A stretch of DNA of 64,000 nucleotides, taken from NCBI GenBank assembly GCA_977017575.1, contig CDRNVI010000043.1, positions 124,001-188,000 on the forward strand, written 5' to 3'. The stretch is from Paramoeba atlantica. Lineage: Eukaryota; Protista; Discosea. Positions 34,901 through 43,277 of the stretch are shown piece after piece. The notes below the pieces were generated by a model, which was given only the letters and a program-made list of their open reading frames with translations, searched no databases and was not told where the DNA came from. The position numbers and the translations under genes are program-made. Numbering within the stretch: position 1 is the stretch's first letter; each line of letters begins with the position of its first letter.

Positions 34901-37809
34901 CCATCACCGTTCCGTACAATGAAACACTCACTGCTTGCGTAAGATGCAATACATGTGTAGTTTTCATTGGGAGCGAAGGTCCAGGCATAAAAATTATGCA
35001 ATATCTCATAAAATATATGAGCAAGGACATTGGTCCACCTGTGTACATTGTACCAGCACTTCGCGCAGCCAATGACCACCTTCAAATGGGTCTGAATTCA
35101 GAGAACAGAGTGCAAACTGACATTCCGATGGCACGCTTAGTTCTACAGAAATTGTCGAACATGACACATCGAAAGATAGAAGTTTCAATCGAAATGGCAA
35201 CTGCCTTTTGTCTCGGCCAATCCTCCGAGTATATGAGCCATAACTTCACATGGATCAATATGAACCGTGTAATGAAGTTCCTGGCAAATATCCCAAGTGA
35301 GTCTGATCACAGAGATCCAGAAATCAGTGACGAGGATTCGTCACAAGACTCTGATATGGAGTTCGACAACGGTATCTTAGAGGCTCCTCTAATGATCACC
35401 GAACATGATTGTGCAGTTCTTGCACCACTCCATGTGCGTTACATGCACAGGGGCGAAGATCTTCAAGACCTTGACCTGTATTCCTATGCAGGCATTGTCA
35501 GCGTAAAGAAGAAAAGAGCTGAACTAGCTCAAGAAGAGCCCGATCATGATTCAGATTTTGAGTCAGGGACAAATCGAAGACGTCGTCGCGGACGTCGTGC
35601 TAATGGGAGATACGCCTTTGAGGACATTGAAGGCCTCCCGGAATTTGAGCCTGGAGATATTGTTGAGCAACAGTTGCGCTCTTTGCACACTGTGCCAGCT
35701 ATACCAGGTTTTCCCATATTGAGTTCTTCAAAAGAACCTGGGGCACGAGCTCGAAGCCATCTTCGAGTAGCGAAACACATGGTGGCATTGTTTTCCCCAT
35801 GGACGAAAGGCTCACCGAGCCATGAAATGACCCTAGAAGGGTTTGAAAAGCTTCTCAATGAAGCGAAAATAAATACGCCTGGAAAGTATGACATAATGTG
35901 CAACTTTCTTCGGCTTTTACATGCTTCGAAGAATACAGAGAACGCGGCAGATTTGTATCGACGCAAAGATGCTTGCACTCTGGAAGAAGCAAGATTAGCA
36001 CGCAACATTGCGTACGAAAATGAGCTTGAAGTGCGAGAGGTTGAACCTCATCTTCAAGATGCTCTTGAAGCACAGCAGAACACTGCAGTGGTTAATGAAG
36101 AGCGATTGGTTCAGCAGAATGCATACTGCGAACTACAAACGCGAGCTTTAACGGCCGCGTTAGGAGGTTCTACTGAGAACTCCTCTGAAGAAAATGTTGA
36201 TCTTGCATCGACAATGACAAGGACGAGGTCCAATATTTCAGTCATAAATGCGCGAGAGCGCTATGCTGAAATGATCCAAAACGAACGATTTGCAACTTCG
36301 GCTCAATCTGAGCCAAGTGCACCAGTGGACAGAGCTCATTTTAATGAGGATCGTCCACTGGCTCGCAGTAATCAATACGAAGAGATTACGTTCGATCGCA
36401 GCTACATATTGCGCGAAGACAACAATTCCATTGAACTGAACCAAGCACAGAAACAGTGCGTAAATCAAATTGAAGATTTACTAAACGGGAAACTAGACCC
36501 CGAGCGGAAATGTATGTTTCTGCTCGGTGGCCCCGGAACCGGGAAAAGTCTAGTTTCCCGTTTCATAATGCAAGAACTGGGAAGCCAATGTATTGCAATG
36601 GCGCCCACTGGGATCGCCGCATCAGTACTGCACTGTTGCACAATACACGCTTCCCTCTGCATACCGATAGGGGCTACTGCAAGAAATTTGAAACATCTTT
36701 CAAGCAGTAGCCTTCTACCATACCAACAAAGGTATGAGAAATGTCGATTAATCATAGTCGACGAAGTGTCAATGATCAGCAAGTGTTTCCTTGCCTGTAT
36801 CAACACTAGACTGCAGCAAATCAAAGGAAATGAGCAGCTTCCCTATGGAGGCATCAACATGCTCTTTGTTGGAGATTTTTATCAGCTGAGACCAGTACAA
36901 GGAGCGTCTCTTACCATAGAAGATAGCTCTCTTGGTAATAATCCCATTTTTGAGAATATTTTTCAAGTCTCGTATGTGTTTGAACTCAAACAGCAAATGC
37001 GAGCACGACAAGATACTGTATTTTCAGATATCTTGCGTCTTCTTCGAAAAGCTCCCAATGAGGGGTTGAAGAAGTTCATCCAATTGGTAAAACCTCTTAC
37101 CTCTGAGGACCAAGAAAAGTTCCGCAATGCAATTGTCATTGTTGGAACAAATATTGAACGGCACAAGATTAATGTCGCAATGGCAAGAAATTTTGCCAGA
37201 CGTCACAATTGCCCATTGTTCGCATGGACAGGCGATAACGTCCAAGGTAAACTCATTGACACACACCCTGAAGCATTTTCTGTATTTGTAAAAGGAGCAC
37301 CCGGTGTAATCACCGAGAACATTGCTCCTTATACAATGAAAATTGCGAATGGGACAGTGATTGAAATGAGAGACCTTGTGTCAGACGATTTGTCATACGA
37401 CACTATTGATGGTGTTCGTTATCTACGAAAAGCCCCTTCTTTTATGCAATGCATTGAGAAGGGGTCAGGTGTAGAATTTTACGCCAAAAAGGCGCAGCAC
37501 CATGATAAGGCTTCCCAAGGAAACTTTCAAGTGGAATTGGGATTTGCCTATACGTATCACAAAGTACAAGGTATCACCGTGAAGAAAGGTGTTATTCTTG
37601 ACTTGAATGATAAGGCGTGGTCCAAGAGACCGGAACTCGCCAAGCTCACAGTAGCAATATCCAGGGCACAATGCCTCGATGATATTCGAGTGCTCCCTGG
37701 CATGGGCACAGATCGCCCAGGAACACACCTGACTTCAGGTTACCATAGGCCTAAATTTCCGGCCATGGAAAAAGCAAATCGGCTTACCGATTTGACTTAT
37801 CAATTCTAA
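28912..37809 (+). CDS. Helitron Rep/helicase, 2965 aa: Zn-finger array, HUH Rep, Pif1-family helicase
   Basis: GLPSYWITVSPN, VECQKRGALHFH (HUH), QYLIKYMSK; GGPGTGKS, APTGIAA, IVDEVSMI, VGDFYQLRPV, QQMR, AYTYHKVQG, VAISR. No C-terminal APE domain. Confidence 0.93.
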   Translation: MSSDSSWSVSSASLEVSLAGAGGGGSQLSSNKALGEAYRDCECCTFFQRKKGKKRVRMTLNHSASKAHKSSAQIYELWQQHVAEEGEFYTCRECANANIRVELTAPLMKRHVNEHLKGLHIICEPCSFFQELMGKPPVLSVQKHDERVKHKREKEIFNAWKVLQIEGSIVNGFTCTKCATTQGDQNHEHRTFKYDDMRKHVFEHGRGDHSHCKECSFFEELQGKPPIRRTREHLSSANHKTEKEMYDMWMDLEVQGTVSAGFRCTKCATAQGDQNPEHRTFKYDDMRKHVFEHGRGDHSHCKECSFFEELQGKPPIRRTREHLSSANHKTEKEMYDMWMDLEVQGTVSAGFRCTKCATAQGDQNPEHRTFKYDDMRKHVFEHGRGDHSHCKECSFFEELQGKPPIRRTREHLSSANHKTEKEMYDMWMDLEVQGTVSAGFRCTKCATAQGDQNPEHRTFKYDDMRKHVFEHGRGDHSHCKECSFFEELQGKPPIRRTREHLSSANHKTEKEMYDMWMDFEVQGTVSAGFRCTKCAESRGKANPSSYTFMYYYMRKHVFEHGRGDHDICEACSFFSSMHGQRPILKTREHISSISHEHEQQLFELWHELPIAHASAGTESGYKCVADACSGEVMSLGAARKHVEKKHMKTSEQSCEACSFFDAGRVPKKHNPAKCSEHKQWYAFWTENVLETENIYQCKLPGCSETPLEKEAITKHVAQHCEGMHLCIPCNYFAILQDFPPVMVNTNHANSLKHREMAYLHPKWELHVSFSDGSYVCALHAIRKLSVKSMMRHILSMGHPSQVLLTDMNVPLCEVCTYFAQIQGTTGIIPADEYHLVSSEHTRYVQTKVDWIEFALPCEQNKFKCTLCATEQMFTFKGLQKHFYRHPRHAEARAFRLRITQAERNRAHAVSQDDELERVKQCSTLTLTSFQLIENILINSHIVCDETLQSDGDKRCSIQRHRDGHNVVYVKGNGDSLAMVCLTKRRVFTYNCAASMETQIAAIRTVYNIGNMATTPVPLVGNDEGELSLGAIAYTITQDRDWPKLTERDKLLSLWKWLEASLEKGEVGVIPLTLYPQEKRTKEAFTRLDHPLKSVEILYFVENVLCKTINTRRFPVKVCPFNECDKFTSRNRVGLHIFTYLETDESSGPIWVLVSLKKKGEKNVYTFITSPSLENEIVSILNQATVTNVTNASTIDSAAYAIMQMCENTIFHTNEICKESSANELRYWLERCCIAKCIVNFDTYEVNGDGSRRTRFDIERNPKDALKYFYETSYIDRLPLEDFSVSTEAQEECMKRYKKRMNDDQRITSCDSCKVILLESDLPNPEAQLCARDQRIMDKKGRIPRGPVEQPSTNHLPVPTLVEEILLQKVFLHCTIISVHRKGGAYAASLRPDTKFTGHVTATARETLELLQLERVPDLEGAIKNIQIVWIANERRTKRSQRLCSAQLSGIFGVKSETLNTWVHFLCEHNHVYAQLKEEGKINVVTEQHCRDVVSHLWDRSVSQEGENAINSMVTQAVASDTLHRDPRGEITRSFVTDHSPVSNAPAGAQITHAVAMQLKQKEGLLNEYTDMENILLGAFPTLMQKYPFKGSTFELYEIKEILEQSDSRFAKNAGFIFYCYDVLRRRAVSSAVVQNLKYNKDMHRSLMNFCNDDAFYHIVQQAIRNPNSSEAKLLETKFLPFVQVCAKTIPFSPAKRKASQGQIYALYRRYGLPSYWITVSPNMNDNVLALRIITNDESEKMQEMRANLLKRSELVQGNPVRSTSIFERQIRTLLTELYGMSNVDEVKKERDVLEGLFGRPRAFFGVVECQKRGALHFHSVLWTNLSPHYVSELIHIVKEHDGLAKSLGTTMRADLPEWAQRISKELYGHATLDYSKMYRGGLHIIPDEKDDYFREHVAKCAVDVQQHVGHRPMCFKMKGNIGKNKCRYGIPSVLHENETEVREVEVQMDESGQPEFRLKAPTRPIKNDTIWPVLDERSLIVLLRNNQDPTQHTKRGSITVPYNETLTACVRCNTCVVFIGSEGPGIKIMQYLIKYMSKDIGPPVYIVPALRAANDHLQMGLNSENRVQTDIPMARLVLQKLSNMTHRKIEVSIEMATAFCLGQSSEYMSHNFTWINMNRVMKFLANIPSESDHRDPEISDEDSSQDSDMEFDNGILEAPLMITEHDCAVLAPLHVRYMHRGEDLQDLDLYSYAGIVSVKKKRAELAQEEPDHDSDFESGTNRRRRRGRRANGRYAFEDIEGLPEFEPGDIVEQQLRSLHTVPAIPGFPILSSSKEPGARARSHLRVAKHMVALFSPWTKGSPSHEMTLEGFEKLLNEAKINTPGKYDIMCNFLRLLHASKNTENAADLYRRKDACTLEEARLARNIAYENELEVREVEPHLQDALEAQQNTAVVNEERLVQQNAYCELQTRALTAALGGSTENSSEENVDLASTMTRTRSNISVINARERYAEMIQNERFATSAQSEPSAPVDRAHFNEDRPLARSNQYEEITFDRSYILREDNNSIELNQAQKQCVNQIEDLLNGKLDPERKCMFLLGGPGTGKSLVSRFIMQELGSQCIAMAPTGIAASVLHCCTIHASLCIPIGATARNLKHLSSSSLLPYQQRYEKCRLIIVDEVSMISKCFLACINTRLQQIKGNEQLPYGGINMLFVGDFYQLRPVQGASLTIEDSSLGNNPIFENIFQVSYVFELKQQMRARQDTVFSDILRLLRKAPNEGLKKFIQLVKPLTSEDQEKFRNAIVIVGTNIERHKINVAMARNFARRHNCPLFAWTGDNVQGKLIDTHPEAFSVFVKGAPGVITENIAPYTMKIANGTVIEMRDLVSDDLSYDTIDGVRYLRKAPSFMQCIEKGSGVEFYAKKAQHHDKASQGNFQVELGFAYTYHKVQGITVKKGVILDLNDKAWSKRPELAKLTVAISRAQCLDDIRVLPGMGTDRPGTHLTSGYHRPKFPAMEKANRLTDLTYQF
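29434..30515 (+). repeat. In-frame 267-bp (89-aa) tandem repeat, 4 near-identical units of paired Cys/His fingers
   Basis: Unit starts at 29434, 29701, 29968, 30235 and (partial) 30502. CTKC...RKHVFEH and CKEC...EHLSSANH. Confidence 0.95.
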
Positions 37810-38037
37810 GAAATTAGATTGAAACGATCTTCTTAGGAAGACCTCTCTAGGGGGGAAGCACGCTTGATACCGGTCACAAGCCCGGCGTCTTCAGCTTCGG
37901 CAGAAGAAGTGCGAGTGACCCCAACGCTCACGCGCCCTCTACCAAAAAAAAATGTCCCCATCATGGCTGCAGAATTACGCTCCGTCAAAATTGCTTTCAA
38001 TTTTTTTTATCGAAATTTCAGAAGCTTGTTTGCTTCA

Positions 38038-38213
38038 AAAGCACCCACCGCGGCAGCGGGCCTGTACCCTCTCGAAGGGCGCTCCGGGCGGGCCCTTCAA
38101 AAAAAGATATCAGAAGCTTGTTTCCTTCAAAATTACATGTCACGAGGTAAAGCACCCCCCGCGGCAGCGGGTCTGCACCCTCTCGAAGGGCCCTCCGGGC
38201 AGGCCCTTCAAAA
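38038..38213 (+). repeat. Two ~66-bp GC-rich direct repeats, each with a GAAGGGC...GCCCTTC stem
   Basis: 38038-38103 and 38148-38213, between the RepHel stop and the RRM ATG. Confidence 0.8.
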
Positions 38214-38301
38214 ACTAGACTTCTACGTTCATGTATTGCTTTTTAAGTTGAATGTTTCTAGACTCAGCTTGATTTTTTTAAAAACTTTCTTTGAATTTAC
38301 T

Positions 38302-38643
38302 ATGGCCTCGGCGGAGAATCAATCAACCAATGGTAACGACATTTCCGACAAGGAAAGAGATACAAAGCGCAAAAGAGATGATTACTTAGAATCTCTACAC
38401 GTTTTGCGCTCTGCGCGCGAAGAGCGTGACGAGCGCTCAATCACAATAGAACACCTTCCCTCCTCTACGACTAAAGAAGACCTTACCAAGCATTACGCTT
38501 CGTATGGTGAAATCGATTGCATAACAATCGTATCAAAAAAAGGACTGGCGCACGTGTGTTTTAGCACTACGGAAGAAGCGAAGCGCGCATCGAGCGTTTA
38601 CTTCAAAGGGAAAAAGAAGAGAAACAGATACTTAAATTTCTGA
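38302..38643 (+). CDS. Small single-RRM protein (113 aa) inside the Helitron boundaries
   Basis: RNP2-like ITIEHLP, TTKEDL...YASYGEI, RNP1-like KGLAHVCF, TEEAKRA. ATG 38302 follows a pyrimidine tract. Confidence 0.7.
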   Translation: MASAENQSTNGNDISDKERDTKRKRDDYLESLHVLRSAREERDERSITIEHLPSSTTKEDLTKHYASYGEIDCITIVSKKGLAHVCFSTTEEAKRASSVYFKGKKKRNRYLNF

Positions 38644-40063
38644 ACAAGTGTGTAAGAAGACGTTTGGAAGTGAAAGTTGGTTTAAAATTTTGAATTCATG
38701 ATTCGAAGGTTGGAGAAGGAAATAAAACACTTTTCTTTCGAGAAATTTTCGGCTTAAATTCGTCCACAGCACCGTTTTTTTACGATTCATCGCATCAAAG
38801 TTTTTCTGTGGTTTTACTTTGTGTCTCGGAAACCCTCTGTAAGTATTTGTAACTTCGCATTTTCTAAACTCAAATAAATACAATTGAAACTAAATTTGTT
38901 AAAAAAATGTTTACATTTACATAGCAGATCTACAGTTGCAGTCATCACTTCTTCTATTTTTAGCCTGATCATTCAACAAATATGCTTTTGATGACTGAAT
39001 TAGTGCATATCCAACTTACTGTCAGAAAAGCGTTCCGACATCGCATTAACTGCACCCCTGGCGTAAACCAAATGAATCAAAACGAAGAAGTAAACCCACG
39101 AAGTAAATCCCCCCCCCTTCAAAAGCCGGGGTGAATTCAAGGGCCTTTCAAAAAAAGAGGTCTCCACCCTGCTTCGTTCAAAATCGTGCGAACCGAAGGA
39201 AAACACATGTGAGCGGAAATATGCAAAAACAACCCTATTTTTGCCCAACTATCGGCTCTTTTTGGACCAAATCCAGAGTTATCCCTCTGGTTTCTTTTAC
39301 TCTCCTGTCAAATTTTTCTTTTCTAAGCTCTTCGTTAAACGCGGTAAAGGAAAAAAATATAAAAGGGGGATCCGGTGGTCCAAAATTGAAAACAAAAATT
39401 GAAAAAACTGGGGGGTCTATGGGGGGGGCATACCCTACCCGGGGGTGACCCCCCCTCGTATCCGCAAGACGGGTCCGTCAAGTTCCGATTTTTTCGGAAA
39501 AAAAATTTTGAAAAAATTTTCAACTTGACGAAAAAATTGGTAAAAAGAATATTTTTCCAAATTTGTTTTGCCTATTGTATTTTTATAGTTCGTGGCCTAT
39601 TCTAGCTTTTTACGTCATTGGTTTTGCGAGGTGTCGCTTCTTGAAGCCGTGGTACGCCTCCCAAAATGTCCCATTTTTGATCAAAAAATGCGAAAAAGTA
39701 ATTTTTGGACACCAAGAGGTCTTTTTGAGTCGTACGAATCGTGTGGTTGGAGTCGCATTCTCGACTTTAGTGCTCTATATACAAAAATCACCCCATTTTT
39801 ACCAAAACATCGGCTATTTTTGGCTCAAATTCTTCCGTTTTCTTCCGCGTCCCTGGCCAATTTTCTTTTTTAGGCTCTTCGTTAAACGCGGCGGTAGTTT
39901 TCAACGCGAATAGCGCAGCATGAGTGACTTCTAAGTTGAAAGCAACCACCGCGTTTAACGAAGAGCCTAAAATTATCAAGGTAGTTGGGCTTCGCAAATT
40001 GCTTCCCACGAATCTAGAGAGAAGCACACGTACAATAATTGCACGATTTTTGCTTCCGTTTGT

Positions 40064-40725
40064 AAGTCAAGGACTTTTGCACAAGTCAAGGACTTTTGCA
40101 TAAGTCAAGGACTTTTGCATAAGTCAAGGACTTTTGTGGAACACCCAAGATTTTTTTTTGATTTTCATTTTCCATGCGCCAAGCAAGCCCGGTCCGTGAG
40201 CTAACTTACGAGTATATATAATAGTAGCGTAGCTCGCAAAGTAGTTTTTGGCAATATACTTTTTGAAGAATCTGCATGCCTGCATAAGAGGTGACCCTCG
40301 TAAAATGGGCGAAAACGGCGAAAAACGACCATTTTTCACGAAATTGTCCAAAAAAGGTCATTTTTTGCGATTTTCAAGGGGTTACCCCTTATATGAAAAC
40401 CGCTCATTCAAAGTTTTGTGAGTACACACGAACAGCTTAAGACCTGAAGAAGGCCTTATGTGATTCCTTTTCAACATTACGCACAGTACAGAGATATCGT
40501 AAGGTCAACATCGCCGAAAAAGGTATTTTTTTGGCAAAATGTCATGCACATTGTTGCCTCCAAATATTCTCCCCAGGACCCAAACCAGGGGGTAATTCGG
40601 TAGTATAATGACAGATCTGTATGATGGTGCTATACATGAGTCGCAATGGACCAACTCATATAAAGGGGGTCCCTGCTAAAAATTGACTTCTGCAAAAGTC
40701 CTTGACTTTTACGTCCTTGACTTTT
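40064..40725. repeat. Foldback-like element with inverted 19-bp modules (AAGTCAAGGACTTTTGCAT)
   Basis: About four direct units at 40064-40136 and inverted units at 40691-40723. A related element lies at 45112-45648. Confidence 0.6.
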
Positions 40726-41843
40726 ATGAGTATACAGTATGCAAAAATACTGTTCACATGTTTGACACTTTTTTGTTGTTGGCGTTTCCCTGTGACCAGT
40801 TGTCGTGTGCATTGAAGTAGTATATCAGAGTAGTGTACGCGTGGGTACTAGGTATATGTTGCCATAGAGCTTCCGACTCAATCGGCTTTGTAACAAAAGT
40901 GTGATCGTATGCAAGTAAAGAAAGGCATGTGAACAGTTTTTTTGCAATTTCGAGGTAAGATTTTTTGGGCGAAAAACACAATTTACTGATGCATAAAAAC
41001 GAAGTATGTACCTTCAAATGAATACTAGCGGAACTCTTTCTTGTGCCTTGATTGATGTCTATATTCGCCTACGCATGCTGTCGATCAAGGAATGGCTTAA
41101 CCTTGTGGTATGCTTGCTCATTCCTATTTGACCTGACTTTAGAGCTCCAGAACACCTGTGAATCGAGTTGCGCGACTCGCAATTGTTCTTTTTGGATGTT
41201 CTCTGTATGTGTTCTGGGGCTCCGAGGTGCGCCTAATGGGCTGTACATTCTAAAATCGTGTAAATCTCATTAACAGAGAAGATCTTCGTCAACTTGCGAC
41301 GCGAGCTCTCCTCCCCCGTTCATCTCTGGCGAATTCAGACCCCCATGTAATCCGCTCATTTTGAGCGGCTAAGGGCATTGTGTGACATTATTCTTCATTA
41401 TTAGCATATGAAAAATCAACGAACAGTTCAGTATTCGTGGTCCCTTGAAGCAGGACAATCTTACTCGTACCATTGAGTGATATGTAGCACTATCAGGCCA
41501 TCACACTCAATGGTACCTTGGGCAGTACACTCATCTAGACCTTCGCCCAAAATTTATTCACACATTTTTTTGTTCTACCACTGGAATATGTACATCGCCT
41601 GTGACGGATCTATTGAAATATCAAATACAGAACTACTCGAAAACAACTTTCTGAGATCTGGAATCGTTTTGAGATCTAAAATACGCAAAAATGTCCCCAT
41701 TTTTATCCGAGAATCGGCTGTTTTTCAGTCTTTAGATCAATTTTCCACAAATTGAATTTTTTTTAGGGGAAGTTCAAGTTGGTAAAAAAACTCCTGAAAA
41801 ATGCTTCTACAAAATGCTTATGTCCTCTATCGAAACTTAAAAA

Positions 41844-41923
41844 TGACAAGAGAGGGGTTCGAACCCTCGCCCCGAAGGAGTAGTACCTGAAACTACCGTC
41901 TTAGACCACTCGACCATCTTGCC
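41844..41923 (-). tRNA. tRNA-Leu(CAG)
   Basis: GGCAAGA...TCTTGTCA, loop TTCAGGT, long variable arm, T5 downstream. Confidence 0.93.
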
Positions 41924-41982
41924 TGCTACAGAAAAGCTAAGAGCTCTCCACAAGGTGTCAGAGTCAGCCATGAGCTGCAAAA

Positions 41983-42054
41983 TGCGCACGCCGGGAGTCG
42001 AACCCGGTCCGCGTGCTTGGAAGGCACGCATCCTAACCGTTAGACTACGTGCGC
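41983..42054 (-). tRNA. tRNA-Gly(UCC)
   Basis: GCGCACG/CGTGCGC, loop CTTCCAA, GGTTCGACTCC. Confidence 0.95.
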
Positions 42055-42127
42055 AACTGCACGAACGGAAACATATTAAGCCTCTCTGAACCGTATAGGA
42101 AAGAGCTGCCTCAACTACAGGAGAAAA

Positions 42128-42199
42128 CTCCGCTGCCGGGGATCGAACCCGGATTTTCAGGGTGAAAGCCTGATGTTCTAACCATTATACTACAGCGGA
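42128..42199 (-). tRNA. tRNA-Glu(UUC)
   Basis: TCCGCTG/CAGCGGA, loop CTTTCAC. Confidence 0.95.
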
Positions 42200-42253
42200 A
42201 CACAGTCGAACAAAAATTCGCCCAACACCAAGAAGCGAACACAAGCTTAAATT

Positions 42254-42325
42254 TGATCGCGACAGGGATCGAACCTGCAACCGCCTGATCCGTAGTCAGA
42301 CGCTCTACCATTGAGCCACGCGACC
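42254..42325 (-). tRNA. tRNA-Arg(ACG)
   Basis: GGTCGCG/CGCGATC, loop CTACGGA. Confidence 0.95.
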
Positions 42326-42397
42326 GCCCTGTGAGCACAAACCCGTTTTGCGGGAATCATGCACAGATGTGCCATAGTGGCCTTGCCGGGTTTTGTT

Positions 42398-42471
42398 GCT
42401 CCTGTGGCCTAGTTGGTTATGGCATTGGTCTTATGAGCCGAGGATCGCGGGTTCGATCCCCGCCAGGAGCA
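42398..42471 (+). tRNA. tRNA-Ile(UAU), intronless
   Basis: GCTCCTG/CAGGAGC, loop CTTATGA, GGTTCGATCC. Confidence 0.9.
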
Positions 42472-42474
42472 TTT

Positions 42475-42560
42475 GCCGCGACGAACCTCGCTGGTGCGGG
42501 GGACAGGCTTCAAACCTGTAGGTGGGAAATCCACAGCTGTTCGATTCGGCCCTCGCGGTG
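42475..42560 (+). tRNA. tRNA-Sec(UCA)
   Basis: Eukaryotic 9/4 fold: 9-nt acceptor strands, 6-bp D stem CCTCGC/GCGGGG with TGGT loop, loop CTTCAAA, variable arm GTGG/CCAC, 4-bp T stem GCTG/CGGC, discriminator G, then TTTTT. Confidence 0.93.
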
Positions 42561-42780
42561 TTTTTACCGAATACCGTTGCACCGCCTGACTTTTCTCACC
42601 GAAAAATGCGTTTTGCCAGGCCCCGCGGAAGCTTTCTAATACCGTATACCCCGGTGTAGAAGTAAAGGACTTTTGCATAAGTAAATGATAAAGTGCCGCC
42701 CCCTGTGCCGCCCTCTCTTCCACTCCCTGTGCCGCCCTCTCTTCCACTCCCTGTGCCGCCCCTCATGCCGTCTCCGGTGG

Positions 42781-42989
42781 AAGTATAGGAATATTGCATA
42801 AGTATAGGAATATTGCATAAGTATAGGAATATTGCATAAGTATAGGAATATTGCATAAGTATAGGAATATTGCATAAGTATAGGAATAATGCATAAGTAA
42901 AGGAATAATGCATAAGTAAAGGAATAATGCATAAGTAAAGGAATAATGCATAAGTAAAGGAATAATGAATAAGTAAAGGAATAATGCAT
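42781..42989. repeat. 19-bp minisatellite AAGTA(T/A)AGGAATA(T/A)TGCAT, ~11 copies
   Basis: Direct tandem array; further copies at ~45052-45100 and 45655-45703. Confidence 0.92.
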
Positions 42990-43134
42990 AGGGGTCGCTC
43001 CAGCGACCCCCGCTAAATAGGGGGGGAAGGTGGTAGTTGTGGGGTATGGAGGCCTCTCGCAACTCCGGGGCCTCACCGGGAGCAGAGACGAGTGTTCACT
43101 ATTTCTTGAAAACACCCTTAATTTCCAAATAATG

Positions 43135-43277
43135 CATCGTCAATGTGCTGTATGCATTATCAATGTGCTATATGCATTATCAATGTGCTATATGCATTAT
43201 CAATGTGCTATATGCATTATCAATGTGCTATATGCATTATCAATGTGCTATACGCATTATCAATGTGCTATATGCAT
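43135..43277. repeat. 20-bp minisatellite CAATGTGCTATATGCATTAT, ~7 copies
   Basis: Direct tandem array. Confidence 0.92.

Larger units (their letters stand above)
28010..39972 (+). mobile_element. Helitron2-like rolling-circle transposon (probable autonomous partner); left boundary approximate
   Basis: RepHel ORF flanked by diverged versions of the mini unit; full palindrome at 39866-39972. The same flanks are joined in the deletion copy at 43.3-45.0 kb. Confidence 0.75.

Noticed and set aside
40730-41300. Decayed piggyBac-like transposase on the minus strand (T..KCQTCEQYFC)
   Set aside because: Only a faint Cys motif among many stops; needs a tblastn/HMM hit to support.
42781-43277. CRISPR-like arrays
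   Set aside because: Contiguous 19-20-bp units without unique spacers, no cas genes, eukaryotic context.
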